Source: Catajapyx aquilonaris
Lineage: Eukaryota
Assembly (NCBI GenBank): GCA_000934665.2
Contig: KZ538025.1
Coordinates: 1 to 64,000 of the forward strand
Direction: 5' to 3'
DNA: 64,000 nt
The stretch's first letter is position 1, and the number at the start of each line of letters is the position of its first letter. Positions 1 through 15,688 of this stretch are shown here, one piece after another. The notes under the pieces are model-generated. The model did not search any database. It had not been told where the DNA came from and saw only the letters and a list, made by a program, of their open reading frames with translations. Both the position numbers and the translations under genes were made by a program.

Positions 1-199
1 AAAAACTACGATATCTATACATAATATGATAATATTGATAATATAATATTAATAATGATGGTGCATTTTATATTTATAAAGTAGCGATTGCGTAACTTTA
101 GTGGCTGTCATACGCAATATAAAAATTAATTGAATTGTACATAAGAGCTCTAAACAATTGTATTTTATTCTACATAAACCTTGGCTGATTTTCGGATTT

Positions 200-690
200 T
201 TAATTGGTAAGAATAATGTTTCGAGTATTTCTTCTAAAGAAATCGTTGTAAATAAAGTGTATTTTCTTTATGAGGTTAAGGGGTTCTCCACTTCCACTGT
301 TTCTGTATACTTATCGCGCGTTTTGGCGCGGTAACTTATTTTGCTGGCTTCTTTCCACATGTCTAAGGGCATGTGTATGCCTATAGTGTTATTTGTGATG
401 TAACTCTGGTAAGAACGGTCACGAATATATTATCCAGCGAGGTCGCACTTTTTCCATTGCAAGTAGCTGCAAATTAATTTTTTTTAAAATATCACATATA
501 TATCTAATCACAAAAGTTTGGGGTTTAGTCAGTCTTAAGTGTATAGTAGAGTTGCATCTGCAGGATCATTCCTTATAACCCCAGTTCTATCTTTCGCAAT
601 GTGTAGTACTCCGGTATAGTTTTGGAACCGAAATCTTTGGATTTGTTGTAACTCTCCAGTTAACGGTTATGATCAAGGTGTTTAACACCA
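200..690 (-). pseudogene. Possible degraded non-LTR retrotransposon (APE endonuclease) relic
   Basis: Frameshifted minus-strand translation gives, in the right order, LIITVNW, TIPEYYTLRK/DRTG, KSATSLDNIFV and SYITNNTIGIHMPL. These resemble the APE motifs (II.VTETW, IPGY...RKDR, T.IDNIF, ISDHLP), but the spacing is too short, so an internal deletion would be required. Confidence 0.4.
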
Positions 691-3600
691 CCTGTTAAAA
701 ATCAATCAAACTGTTAGGTGAGTTACTCCTTCAAATAAACTCCGAAAAATATTATATACACCTAATTTACCCAAATGTTGAGATTTAACAGAAAAAAAGC
801 ACTTAATATAGATAAATGTGGTCCTAGTGTTCCTTCCGCTTGGTTAACAGTGACTTCATGTTAGAAGTCATATCTCTCGCATCTGATGCATGAATGAGTG
901 CAAGCATCGTGGCTGTACGTACTGTAGAGGCGAACTTGCGTAGTCTTTTGTGTGCCATATATGCTTATGTATAACATAATAAGCCAGTTTTAGTTATCTT
1001 TTCATTTCATGTAGTTATTATAGCTCTATATCAACCTGTGCCGAAGACTGATCGTATGCAGACACGTGAACTTTAAATCCAGTATGAATTTTTTATATAC
1101 ATTGCTTCTTGTGATAACTTTTTATTATAATTTTAATCACTCTAAAAACGCGAGCTGAACAATTGTATAATGAAAGATTTTTAAAAAAAGAAATTGCGTG
1201 TAATTACTAAAAATATTTATTTGTGCAAAGCTTCGTAGCTCTTTAGTGTTACACTTGCATGTTTAGTCTGTTATTCTTGTATATGGTGAAAAAGTAGTTG
1301 GAGCCTTTTTTTGTCGAGACAACAAATAAAAATGTGTTTTGAATCCAGGGGAGATATTTTTTGAATGGTCACCCTTGTTCCACACCCACGTGAGAAGCTC
1401 CGACTAATTTCCCATCTCTTGGGGGAACGCCAACAACCAATCATCAGGATATTGCCACCAATTCTTTCTCCAAAGTGCCTCGGTGACTGCGGCTTCGGCT
1501 TCGGCAAATAAAAGATGTTATCGGGAAATTAAGATGGTGGAAGGGACTTGCCTTCCGGGCGGGTGTCCCGGGCTTTTGTGCCGCAAACAACTCAAAGAAG
1601 TACACCTCCCAACACAAAAAAGACCACCCATCGCACCCTTACGTAGCCTTTCATTCTATAGAAATTTCCCAACAAGATGCCAAAAATTTTGAGTCCTATA
1701 GAAAGTGGCCCAGTTTGCCAAAGATGGACCTTATCGTTCCAAGAGTGTCCATGATTTCACCTACAAATTAAGCTGGATTGTAAAGAGCCGCCAAAGAAGG
1801 GCCATACCGCCACTTCCAACTAATTAAACTAATGAAGCGACAATTCGTTGCCATTAGACTGTTTCAATGTGGCTTTTCACACTTCACTCGGGGGGTCATG
1901 TGACCAGAAAGTGTGGCTTTGATATTGATCACAAGTTTTAGCATCTTGTCTTGTTCAACAGGAGACAACAGGCGTGGGTGATTCATTAACGCTTTGTACC
2001 TGAAGGAGCTATCATTATTTTATTTTATTTTTACGCGGCACGTACTCATGCCGTAATTGGTAGCCCCATATCGCGTCAGTAGAGTTTTGTGTTAAAGGTG
2101 CCCTTGAAACGGACGATAAAACAGCAATGAAAGGTCAAATGGACGAGGTGACTGGGAACACGACTGAGCATCCGGAACTGCACGACAGGTAGGCTAATCA
2201 AGTAATTGGTACAAATTAAGTATTGATATTTGTGCTTGTTAGGGGCTTGTCATCTTATTACATTACATGCCTTAATGATGGAGTTGGTGACGTCAGCGAC
2301 CATGACAACAATGTGTATCCAATTTATAGTGTACTTACAATTACGGAAAATATAGTGTAAAATTGATTGAGTCAAAATTTTACTCAAAAGTAGTGGGCGT
2401 TATTTCAAATGTAAATTAAAATTTTTGAAAAATCTTTGACTATATAGTCACACGCAGTACCGTTTGTAGGTGGAATCATATCAGTTCACCGGCAGTTTGA
2501 CCTTTGACCTGCGCGAAGCAACTTCAATAAACATGCCCACTTCTCTCGCAACCAAGAAGCTGTTGGCTTCTTGCATTACACGGGACATTATACTATGTAT
2601 GGAAGTTGTTCCTGATGTAGGCCAACAGACAGTAAGTTCAATCCGGGAGGAATTTCAAGGGTGGGAAAATGTTCATTGTGGATTTCTCAAGTTCATGCGG
2701 AAGCAGTACAGTACATGGTAGGCGGCATAGGTGAATCATGCATATGTTTGTCCTCTTTTCCTTTTCGAAGAAGGAAAAGAATTGCCTGCAACTGTCTGCA
2801 AAACCAGTTGGTCAACATTGTAACCGAGATTGTAGCAGCTGATTCTGATTGCGTGAATGGGATTTATCTCAAACCTTTGTACGCAAATAGGCAGATGCTC
2901 GGCAGTTCTTCATTGTTGCAGAAAACTCTTCCGCCTTGCTCATTTGAAATTTTTATTAAAAAATTGAGATTTTTTAAAAAATTGTTGGTCATATTGTTGA
3001 TTTTCACCCACGACGCAAATGGAATACAAATAACCTGACTGCGTGGCGAAGGTGCAATTTAGATGGCCAAACCCACCTGTATAATTGCCATATTGTTGAG
3101 CAACCTTAGGTGTAATGATGCGAAGGGGAAAATCTTTGAAATGACCCTCCAAGAGTTAATGAGCTGGCTGGGTCAAATGGGGGGTCACATAGTAACCGTC
3201 TCGGGAAAGGTGCCTCCAATAAAAGGAAAAAAACAGAGCCACCTGCATTTTCCATCCCCTCACCTCTATATGCCGATGGTAACCAAATGATAATGAACTA
3301 ATGAATCCGCCGACTTGTTGATTTTCACAGAATTCCCCAGATCATTAAGGATAATAATCATTAAGCAGGCATTTTCCCATAGCACGCTTTTCCAAGTAAT
3401 TAGTGATCATTCCAAGCTTTTTTTTACACTTCCTTTTTTTTTTACCTTTTACGACCAAAACGGCTCGGGACCTTGACTGGCTACGGTGATGAGCCGGTTG
3501 GATCCTTCAATTATTCTATCGAGTTTATAACACTAGAGGAGAATTAATGACTCTGTCATGACATCGCGGGAACCTCAGCCTTGATGTTTTTCCTCCAAAA

Positions 3601-6600
3601 AATTCTGCGCGCCATACAGTGACGGGTAGTTTAGCAAAACTTTCTAAAATGCCATAATCGATTTGCAGTTAGCAATGCTGTAGTTGTTTTTTTGGTGGGT
3701 GCTTATGACAGAGTCATTATTTAGCCATCAAGGGTATTAAAATAAGCCTTGGCACCTGGGTCGGAAAAATCAGAGTTAATTCAGGAGAACATATCGGCCT
3801 GTGGAGTGTACAGGTTTCCTATTGTCATGTAGTTTCCCAAGTGAATAAAAGGTATCGTGGCTATTGTTTGCTGGTACACTCATCTGCATAATAATCCCAT
3901 TAGCATCCTTTCATCTTTCGCCCATCTTCATCATTTCGCTTTCATCATTAGCTTGGCGGTTTCCTCCTTGGGGGGTCTTTTGCGAGGAAAGAAGTCATCC
4001 AAACTGCTCCTTATATCTGTGCAGTGATGAATTTTGCAAAGAGCAAGTGGACAGGTGATATCAATGATAAGTGCAATGGAGTTGCTGATACTAAAAAATA
4101 ACAGAATGGAATCCATACACTTATCGCAGTATCTAAGGCTAATTTAGGCATGATTCAGTAGGGCATATTAAATTGCGCAGGTGCGAGCTTCCTTCTGAAG
4201 GCTTCCATCTTGTGCGGCTCATCGGCACCGTGTGTGCGGTCAGGAATGCAGGCTAATTTATTAATGGCCACAGACACTTCACAAATCTACCAATTCCATG
4301 CATCATGCTGATGGACGCCGCCAGCTAATTATTTTCCACCGGCTTCTCGACTTATCTTGATCATCGGAATGATTCATCTGTTCAGGATGATTATCGGAAT
4401 CTTTAGGCTTCTGCTACAGGTCAGTATAATCACTTAGGTAGCACGATATTATTATATATAGAAAATTTTTATTTTATTTTAAAAAACGCGGGAGTGTCGC
4501 GCGTCAGTCACGCTCCTGTCGCGTCATCTCACTGTAAACCAAAAATGGCACTGATTCTTACCTCCGTGCTAGCCTACTCACCGAGCGGATTACCACAATC
4601 AGATATATCAAGACGATTATTCACAGCAACAGTCCGAAGTAGGCATTTGCAATGTCATATCCCCTTTGCCGCTACGCCTAGCCGACCTCTCAACGCGATT
4701 TGGAAGTGTGCGGCGTCTAAGAACGATTCTGACACGTTCTGCTATGGCATCTCCCTACCCCCATTGTTAGTAAAGTTGAGGTAATGTGCCAGAACGTTCT
4801 CTGGTGTCAACCTGCATGCAGGCGTGTAATTCCATCTGGTCACGAGCTGGCCTGCACGAGACCAACTTATCCACAAGAAACGCTTTTCACTCAGCAGAAA
4901 AAGGACGCTGAACCAACCTCGAGTGACTGAAGAGTCAACCTACCCGATGGAGACTTGTGATCAGAGAGACACGTGACTCCAGTAAGTGCTGATAAGTGAA
5001 ACATGTACACACCATACCCTGGGCGGTGACCTCCCAGCAAGTTGAGGGCAACGTGACTTGCATCACCTTTTAATTCGTTGATTCGCCTTAAAATACGCGC
5101 GGATTAGGCCTTCTACGACATGGCTATCGGAAGAGGCCGTACATTTGCGGGTGATTAATACACCGGACCTGAGCAGGCGCCGTTTAGCTCGACCAGACCA
5201 TAGGTCCACTTTCTGTTACTTTGTTTTCTCCGGCCAGCCTTCAGGTGGGTCTCCTTTTTTAAAAATATGCTAATTAGGCGGCAGAACGCGTGATGTCCTT
5301 TGTGTCGCGTTCGATGGGATGAAAAGGGCTTTATGAGTGACTCGATTAATTGGAGGACGGCATGGATCCATGTCCAAATATGTGAATAAAGGAGTAGGCT
5401 ACAACAGAAAAATTTATGTAATAGAAAATCTCAAATTCATTTTTCCGTCCGATTTATTAAATCCATCGAGTAATTTTTTCATTCAATAATAATATTAATA
5501 CATTATTAAATGAATCTATAATATTAAAATCCTTCATTGTATGACTGGCCCCTGTTCTGCTCATGCGCAATGGGAAGGCAGCGCCTCTGGTGGGTAGGAA
5601 GAGGAACTAGTAAATAAAATAGCTGTTAGCTCATTGAAAATAACTTCAAATATTTTTTAACCAATAGTTTCAATACAACTGAATATTGCAAAGGTTAATC
5701 CTGATACACTACAATATCATGTTGTTGTTGACATGTAGAGGTTCCGAAAGGGCGAGTATTCGCGATTATTCCTCCTACCATCCTCAGGAATCTTGGTTAA
5801 CGAGGCGTCCAAGTGAGAGTTTTATGTTTCTGGTAAGCATTGGACCCTTGATGCACGAGACACATTTGAGAATAATAGCGACCCTGGCACTGTTTTTACC
5901 TACCTTTTTCTTTTTCATTTAATCGCTCTCACATACCAGCCGGTAGCTTGCGTCCGGATTACTCCTGTGTTCATCGTGATATATTCACATGTTTGTGTCG
6001 TGATGAGGACGTTGCTGAAGATTTTTATATCCCCGCCCTTCATCCACTCCTGGTGGTGACCCGGCGGTTTATTTGCCCTTCTTCCTCCTCCTTCTAGCAA
6101 CATCTGACAAAAGTAGAAAAAAAAGGGGATAGAGGGGGTTGGGGGGGGAGATTTTTTAAAAAAAACTCGAACTGGCTCTCGGACCACTTTGAGCTGGGGT
6201 CAAAAGGTCAACGTTTATATACAAGCGTATGCTAATATCCAGCCGGAAAGATGTCACTGCAATATGACCAGTCTGGAATGTGTGGACAGGCACAACCCTG
6301 GTCTTGGTCCTCCCTGAAGAGCGCCCGTGATGTGGTTGCGCATGGCAAGTAGGGAGAGGAGGAGACAGGTAGGGGGAATAAAAGGGGGGGGNAAGGAGGC
6401 CGGTGCTTTACTCCACGGTTGGGGATAAATTATTATGCGGAGGGGTCGCCACTTTCCTTCTGGGGGTTTCTCAGCTAGCTGTTTAATCAATGACGCCTTA
6501 TAAAAATGGTTAAGTCACTTCTAGATTTGTGATGTCTACATCCCGATGCTTTGGAGAAGGATATGGGGGCGACAAAAAAAAATAGATGCAATATCTAGTG

Positions 6601-9600
6601 TCTGCTGAAGGTGTTAATTGAAGTCGGAGTTGTGCAATGAAGTTCTCGGTCCCAATTAAAGGCGACTGAGGTCATCACGTAGACAAGAATGTTCCCGAGA
6701 GGGACACCGATTTCTCATTTGGATGCTGGCTCCGCTGGCTGGCTGGCCTCCCAAAGCAGCTGATAAATCAACACCTCATGTGGAAGGCGGCGGCTGGGCC
6801 CATTGGACCATCTTTCACGGGGTCGTTAGGCATCACAATGGAATTTTCCCTCATCCCCTCCCTATCCCTCTCCACCCCGTACCACTCGACCGCTGGAGCT
6901 GCAGGTAGCCCAAATTCCACCTCTGTCCATGCAAAGTGTTTACAAAGAAAGGAGACGACAACGAAGGGGGGTGGATATATGCATTTACAAAAAGGATAAA
7001 GGGAATGACAAACGCTGGTCGACGACGGTTGCCTTCTTCTTCTTCTCCATGGAACACAGCTAGCACATGGATGCAGCAGGCAGCCAAGGGGGCGGATGAT
7101 GAACGGCCTCATGATTTCTGTTCTCCCCTTTTTGGGGATCTCAGCAGTAGGTGTCTGTTTCCTTGTCAGGAGGCTGGGACAGGTTAAGATCGCATTCGTC
7201 TTTCAACCTCCGCACCCATGCTGCTGCCCAATCACCACCCGACACTGACCACTCCTCACCAGGGGGTTAGACATATACACATACTGCTGTTATATGCTCA
7301 TTGAAAAGTGTGCCTTATTTATTACGAGGTAAGCGATGATTTGGCTCAATTTGCATGCCAAAAATATTGCCAGGCACATTTTTTTTTTTTTCAAGTGATC
7401 GGCCACCCACATATAGTGAATATCCACCTTGACCCACCTGCGTGACAAGGTGTGCCTAATCAGTGGCATTTGGGGCTATTCAGGGTTGCGGGGCATCCCC
7501 TCTTTGATTTGACGGGAAGATTGAGAAGGAGCCTTCCTAATTATGACATGGTCTGTAGCGAGCCAGTTCCATCGTGCCAGAAGAGAGAAAGATGATGAAG
7601 GACTGTACAAGCTGTCATCTGAAAACAGCAGGGACTTCTCAACCCTACGTGCTATCAAATTCCACAAGCATGTACCGGATTCTGGAATTTCAAGGTGTAG
7701 ACGACGAATATGCCATAGTTATAGGGATTTAGACGTGGGCCAGTAGCTTTATTTATGGGATTTTGGAACATTCTTTTGCTTTCAATATAATGCCTGGATC
7801 GGCCTGGATAGAAAGTAAATAAACTATACACCCACATGGCCGTCAGAAGGAAGAATGATTCTGACACATTATCGGTCACTGAGGGATCATCTTTGGCAGA
7901 TAGTAATTTATGGCTGCCCCTGTAACTTGTACTCGGAGCTTGTACTGCATGTACTCACAGTACGATCACAGCAGTGAAGAGAGGCACTGGTTGTGAGTTA
8001 CGCATGCTTTTGAGTTCGTGAGAGAGGTATCATACAAATGAGATTAATTTGGGAGCCTCAGATTTGCAGTAGCTGCAATTAATAAGCATCGGTAAGAATG
8101 TGTGGATGCCTATATACATTTTTCGCATATTTATTTCCAGGTATGTCAATAAGATAGAACACATCAAGATAAAACCTGATTTTCAAGCAATAAGATTCGT
8201 ATATTTTGGTCGAAATAGGGTTTGTAGGAATTGCATTATGTATAGTATTGCACTAATCATTTCTGATGATCAGGCATCACGTTTTGTTCTGAAGAAAATG
8301 TTTGAAAACTTTAATAAACCAGCAAAATCTTGCGACTTAAGTGACTTATTTTTGTGCAATTTCACTTATTATTGTGATGATCTAAAATGTAAAACTGTTA
8401 CAGACTGAGAATCGTTTATCTTTTTCCAAAATTCTTGGCGGGACCATCTCGATTTATTCGAATTTTAGAATGTTTGAATATTTGCATCTATAAAATGTGA
8501 CGAATTTGGGCGAGATAAATGCCTCATGATGATCCCTGTCTCGCCAGATCCATTTCGTAATCGAGCCCGTACACATGTTAATCAAGCAGGTAGATTTTTA
8601 ATAAATTTTGAATAATATGAACTTTTAGAGGAAACCGTATTTCCTGCCCCTATCTGAAATTGCTCGCATTTAAATATTTTGGGACTATGATACAGATAAA
8701 AACAAGCAACATGTAGAAATACATTTCTCGTAATAGTCCAAAGGCACATGTTGAACTCCAGCTCCGATTCCACCTGCCCCGGCCATTGTGAAGCTCGAGC
8801 AAGAATGGTTGCCTAATACGCAGGATGCACATATGAAATTGTCCGTAATGTACCGACCGGGCGGGCATCGTGATTTCGTCAAGGTGAAGGCGAGAAGAAA
8901 ACTCATGGAAGTCATCGGGGTCCCAGCAATAAAAGAGTTGTCCTTGGCCATCACCTTCATTTTCACCTGGGGGAATAGGTGCGGACGGAGAATGAGTGTC
9001 ATTGAGCCGAGTGCATGAAAAAGCGAATAGCCTGCCAAGAGATCGGATAGTTAGTCTGACCATGAATATTGCCCCGGCGCAGGTCGTCTAGGTAGGTAGA
9101 TATAGTGACCTTGTGGTAGGAGGAGGCAGCAGCAACTCACTGGCCTATCGTAAAGCTGCCCGCGGGAAAAAGAACCGAGACCAATGAGGTGGGCACACAT
9201 GAAAAGTCAAGATGCGATCAGCTGGCATATGCCCACCCACGACCGGACAAAAAGGGGAACAGCTCTTGTCCCCAGCTTCATTGGCATGCTCCCTCCGTCT
9301 TCGCCTGTCTTATGTTTCGCTTTGGAATGGCCCACAAAAGGTGTTGTGGGAAAAACACTTCGGCCGTTTTAAAGTCTTTCGGAACAAGGTCTTGGTGTAA
9401 AGTTTTATCTCACCTACCGCCGTGGTGGGGGATGGCTAGTCGGTTGGCTTGATGTCACCTGGGGTTTCACCGAAGTGAATTTTTATGCACTAGGTGCGGA
9501 TCAGTCGAAATGACATTTGTCAGATCCAGCCTGTATGGCCAGCCTCATTACGGTACATGGGATCTACATGTGTGGGCAATCAGAAGCGGGGGTGCGGCCC

Positions 9601-12600
9601 ATCGGAAATGTCCTGAAAGTGTGGTTGGAATGTGTCTCCCACACGAGGCCGACTGCCCTCCACCCTTGTTGAAGCGACACGCCGCTGGAGAAAGTTTAAA
9701 AAAAAAAAAAAGTGGGGGTGTGAAAGGTGTGGATTGGAGACGTGGCCACAGGGCGATATTTCACCTGGGGATGAAGTCAGCCACGTCTTCTTGTTGGCAA
9801 GGGGGTGGGCTCTTTTGGCCGCCGACCCAGCTCGGGTGGTCGTCTCCTACCATGGACATTGATGGGGGATTGAAGAGCTTGCAGCCACACTCCCCCCTAA
9901 AACCACCCTGAAAAACTTACTAGGCTCATCTCACCGGGTCTCGAAAGAGATTTCAAGTGTGTTGAGGAGGTGGAAAGAACTTCGTGACGTTCATTCTTTC
10001 CACTTGCCGGCTTCGGATGGCTCAGGGGATTTATGGCCAGATGGTCCGTCTGCCTTTCTGTACCACTCTCACTCGGCCAAGAGGACCATAGGAGGGTAAA
10101 AAAATTAAGGTGTATAAGGGTTTTTAAATAATCAATTTAACTCGAGGTTAGGTGTAAAATTGTGCAATGTTGCTCATATGTTTTATGTAACAGACAGCAA
10201 ATAAATAAGCTCTACTTTCCGGATTTCCGTCCTATTGTCATAATCTTTGATGTATTGGTTAAATGTTAAAATTGCATATCCACAGGAAGTGATGTATTTG
10301 TTAGCCATCTTTCATTTGTACTTCCCAGGTGGTAAGCCATGCCATGGACAATATTTGTCAACCATGATAAAGGTGTGGAAGAATAGCTTATAATAAGTAG
10401 CACAGGTGGGGAGAAAATCCGTTTATATCTTGTCAATAGAATCGATTGGTCTTATGGGAGTGGTAGAGAAATGAAGCGATTAAGATCCGAGCGATTATTA
10501 TTATTTGAACCAAACAGGAAGTGCCTAAGCGATAAATGACATAGCCCTTCGTTAGTCGCATCCTCCAAAAAAAACAAACAATTTTGCAGTGGTGATGAGA
10601 GACTTGAATGCGCGTAGGGGTAAGAAAATGGTCTTGAAAGCTGGACGCAAGAGGGGGCGGAGGGGTAAAAAGGGCGTTTTATCTGATAAGCCAAGTGGCA
10701 GGGGCCACCCCTCACTCTGCGTCCCGCCAGTTGTCATCATTACTCGTGATGAATTCACAGTTCCAAAGGGGAGATTTAGCCTCAGCGGGTAGAATTTCCA
10801 AAACGGAAACATAGGTGTAATGCTGAGGTCCTGCTGGTTTTTTTTCTACAGGAGACATATGGCAGCGTGAATTCGAGTCCCGTTTGGGATATTTGTTAAT
10901 GACGCAGGTGAGTCAGGGGGCGAGGATGACATTGGGGGTCATTGAGTAGGAGTGGCTACTCAACAGCCTATGTGTCACACCTGACGAGACACTTTTACAG
11001 CGCTACAAAACAAAGGCCACCCCTACGATAGAAATGCTCGCCATTACAATGTTTATTTATTTATTTATTTATTACGAAAACAGAATGTAAAAAAGTAAAA
11101 TACAGACGATTTTAGGCTCCAGTCAGATGAGGAGCAACTCAATCGGTGGTGTTTGTAAGTGTCAAAAGGGGAGGATCCCATTAAGAAGTTGGAAGTCCAC
11201 CTACGTGTAGTTACGCTTTACCAGCACCCGCTTCAAAAGGCTCATCATTTTTCAAATCCTTTGGAGCCACCCTGAAAAAGAATGGGGCTGGCTTCCACTT
11301 TGGTAATTCGTTATCGCGGAACGAGACATAAGAATTGTGGGGAGCTTGTGATATGGCGGCAGCCGGTCGTTACCTGCACTGTTTTGTGTTGTAGGGTTGA
11401 CCATGGAAGTCCACTGTGTAAGAAAGAAACAAACTAATAACGTAGCAAGGCGAGCATCATCTGCCCGTCTTTTCCCATCACTCAATGGCCCTTTTTCTCC
11501 CGTTCGGCCGACTCTCATTACCAGCTTCTTTGACCGTGACCCCCGCCGCCATTATTGGTCAGGGGGTTAACATTCCCTATGAAAGATGCACGCGATTGCG
11601 CCATATTAATGTTCACAGCGCATCCTAGGCGGGGCGGATCGGGATACGTCACTGACAACTGCTGAGACCTGCTTGGAACTCTGGTTACTAAGGAGGAAAA
11701 AATAACCAGATTTATCTGAACGTGTTTGTGAGAAAGGAAGAGGATATTTCAAATATTTTGCATCTGGTCCATTTTAGTGGTTTATTACTCAAAAATAGAG
11801 GATGATTATACTGTATTTAAAATACGTTACGTTTGAATTAATTTGTACCATGAAATTTGACATGACTCAAATTAATAAATACATCATGAAAACAATTGTG
11901 GAAACCTCAAATTTTGAGCAATATGTTTCCCACAACTTTTTCTCTCAAACTGGCATTCATCATAAAAGTTTGGTAAAAACTCTTCATTTTCCTTAGGATT
12001 GATAAATGCGAACCTCCAACTCGCAATTCCATTGCCTTGCCGAGTGAATATCCTGTAGAAGCATTGTACCAAGACTGATGGCATGTGTGGTTGGCTTGTC
12101 AAGAGTTGGAATAGGCTACGGTGAGGCTTGTAGGAAGCTGCTAAATGAGAGTCTAGGGGCATGTGGCCCTCTGGCCATCATTTGTCTACAGGCTCCTTTT
12201 GATTCCCGATACACCTGTTTCATAAATTGTTTTAGAGGAGGGGTGTGAGAGGGCCTACACTTCGGGCCATCATATTTCTTTCTGACCAAAATCACTTGGG
12301 TCTTAGGACCAGTCAGAATGACTCCGTGTGTACACAAACTCATTTTCGGTCTCTTTGAAGCGTCAATTACGAGGAAGGTGAGATTATTCTTCCGCAGTGT
12401 TGCTTTGAGGACAGCTTCGTAGATAGCGATTTGAACCCGTTAGTTCCAACGATGGCAGCAGTTACTTTCGGCCCATTTAAATGACAATGAGGAGCCATCT
12501 TGAGTTATCTAAATCCATCTGCATCCAGCATCCCTGGTTGTCCTTCGCCACCCACTGGGTTGGAAAAGGAGGGCCTGCCCGCTGTCAACTAGCTTCAGAT

Positions 12601-15320
12601 ATCATCACCCTTTGGCGCCAGAAGTGCTTCACGATTATATCTAGAAAGTGAAAAACTAGTTTTAAAAATATAATATTTAGGTAGTTATTTAGATGTTAGA
12701 AGGCACATCCACAGTCTAACTAACACGCGAACAACCAAGTTGACAAACTGTTTAAAAACCAATCAAGTCCGGGACAGGCTTCAAAAGCCTCGCAAACTAA
12801 CGAAGTGGAGGTGATTTATCTCCACCACCACTCAAAAGACGCCAGGTTTATATGGTGGTGAAGTAGTTGGCGCCTGACCGGTACACTTTGCCCAAATGTG
12901 CTCCACGGAAGTTCAGAATGAGGCCATCCATATACTTGGTCGAATTAACATATCGTATGTGCTAGAACCCTATTTTCAACTTCCACTCCTTCATTTCGTG
13001 CTGCACAATGCACGTTTAAGGTACCACCTGTGACTTAATTTTGCACGGATTCCTTCCCGGATTTAGGATACTTCTGAAACTGATTTTATAATTAATCGGG
13101 GTTGCCATGTGTAACATGACAGAATATGGGGGAAGTTATGAGGGTTTTGAACCAAGATCAAATTACATGGGAATTCTCAGAGTTGGAGGCATTATAGGGG
13201 GGTCGCGCGTGTTCAAGATGCGGCTACGAACATTCAAATAACGTGCCTGGGGCAACCACGTTTTATACCGAATCCACTCTGTTATTAAAGTTTTCGAAGG
13301 GGAGCACAGTTTATGGGAAATTCCATAAGTGAAAAGTAGACTTGGGTTGATTTTAACCATATATTATGCCCTGTTTAAAATAGTAACTGTTAGTTGCACT
13401 GATGTGGGTGAAAATTGCAAGGTCAAAATGAATGAGAAATTTTGCAAACTCACCCTTGGAAAATTGGCAATCAGCCTAATCACTCCCATGCCCACTTATG
13501 ACTAAAAATGGAAAAAAGGAGGAAATTATCCGATCTTAAAACAACCTACTCACCGTGCCTTTTACTTCTGGGAAACAAGGGTGGGAATGGCTTAAGAGGG
13601 CAAGATCTTGACCCGTGACCTCGTGCATGTTGACTGCGCCTAAGGCGGAGGCCACAGGAGGAGGAGACTAGAAGTTTGGACGTGAAGCCACGAAACTGGT
13701 GAGGGAACTATGGGACACGAAGGGAAAAAAATAGCATTAAGGTGTGGCTCACCTGCAGGGCTTCAACACCCGGCTCTGAATTATTATGGGTTGAATGTGG
13801 GTGCCGAAGATTTTTTTTTCTTTTAAGAATCACCTTGACATGGCCACAGTTTATACCACAAGCAGGTGACAAAGAGGAAAATATTTATGGCATAACATTA
13901 TTTTCAACTGCAGATCCCACCCATGTCAGGTGATTAAACTTCCGTAGTTTGGATGCATAGTGTACGGTACTAGTTGTGGGACACTCTTTAGCACTTGGTT
14001 GGTAATACTTTCTCTTCCGGAGACGAGGGTTGAATGTAGTTTGCATTGTAGGCATTATCAGTTGAGAATTTCTTGGCACTTTTTCCTTGTTGGCCGTTTG
14101 ATCTTTCTGGTTTTTTAAGGCTTGGTTGTCGGTGGGGTCACCTTTCTTTACGAGAGCACCTTTTGAACTGTTCTAGTCACCCTTGGTGGGTGGCCTGAAT
14201 TATGGAAGTCTTTCTGTGCTGGTCAAAAAGGCAATTACTGCGGGGAGTTGTGCAAAAAAAACACATCCTTGTTGTCAATTTCCATGTACATCTTGCTGGC
14301 TCTCCTGGCAGTGAGAGTGATTTAATTGATTGTCAATATTGCTAATTTGCTACGTAATTCCCTTGAGCAAGTAAGATATGGCCATGTGTGTTGGGATGGG
14401 GGTTTGAGTGTGAACTGTCACCAGACTGCTGGACATTGAGTCATCCCGAGTCGTCGGGTCCGCGGACTTATGATATTTGCGGGATTAATTGTGATTAATG
14501 GATAACTCGGCTTTCTGTTGAGATATTCATATAAATGTCTTTTGAGACATTTATCCCATTCCAACGCTGTCTCATTTTATAAATGCAAATATTCCGAAAT
14601 ATGAGACCCTTCTCAGGCATTTCGGATTGTCAACGATCAACCAACATTCCTCCTGTATTAATTTTGTAATAATATAAGAACTGCACGTTAGCTATATGTA
14701 ATTTAAAAATTCATTGTTTCACAATGCAGACAATGTACAAGAACAAATTTTAGTTCCAATGCAATGCTATGAAGTGTTATTAACCAACGAAATATGCTCG
14801 GATATACTTCGTTGGGGACAAGGACAACTTCCACTAAAATCTATCAGATGTATCAATAACAATACCGACAATACCACACCGATTCTGGAAGTGTATTTTC
14901 TACTAACTTTGCAACCGCTTGATAGTTCAGGGCAAGTCGTTATTATTAATATCACTGAAATTTTATCAATAATATTACGCGAAGTCGAAAGTTATAGATG
15001 CTCAGGGTCAATCAAGGAACAAAAGCCATGTCTGTATGTTTGCTTGCTTTTCAGTAATTATTTACGTCATAGTTTTGAAACTTAATGACAAATAAAAATT
15101 TCGAAATGGTACCCGATTTGTCATTTTTAAACAACATTTGACATATCAATCTCATACTCGATCGCATCTCGCCTTGCATAGTATATCATTCTCGCATATA
15201 ACTTTACAGTAACAAATCGATTAAGATTATACAAGAATAAGCTCGGAAATAAGACAATATGAAAACTTGAATAGTAAGCTGAATTTTGAAAATGATGGGT
15301 ATCGACAGATCTTCTTGCTA

Positions 15321-15395
<75 letters not shown>
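15321..15395 (+). repeat. (AAT)25 microsatellite
   Basis: Perfect trinucleotide run; it explains the poly-Leu pseudo-ORF at 15227-15415. Confidence 0.97.
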
Positions 15396-15396
<1 letters not shown>

Positions 15397-15414
15397 GAAT
15401 ATTGTTATGATACA

Positions 15415-15688
15415 AAGTAATTAAGAGATTGTAGTGTAGTGTACACTAACGATTAACTATGGGTTTCCATGATCCAACCCACGCCACACAGTTACATGAA
15501 TAGAACTTTTGTACCCAGAAAAGTAACTATCTGTAACTGCTTTCGTTTGCAAATGAAAAAGGAGGGGCACTCTGGTCGAAAATGGCAGCTGGGGAGTGTC
15601 ATTCGAATTTTGTTTACCCCTATCCTCTTGCGACATTTGTAAAATCTGCATACCTAGACAAATGTACATCGGCAGAGATTCAAAACTC
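15415..15688 (+). repeat. Dispersed direct repeat, copy 1 (274 bp)
   Basis: AAGTAATTAAGAGATTGTAGTGTAGTGTACAC...CAGAGATTCAAAACTC is near-identical to 18338-18550 apart from an extra 61-bp segment (15497-15557). Confidence 0.92.

Noticed and set aside
6384..6394. Single N in a G homopolymer
   Set aside because: Assembly ambiguity, not biology.
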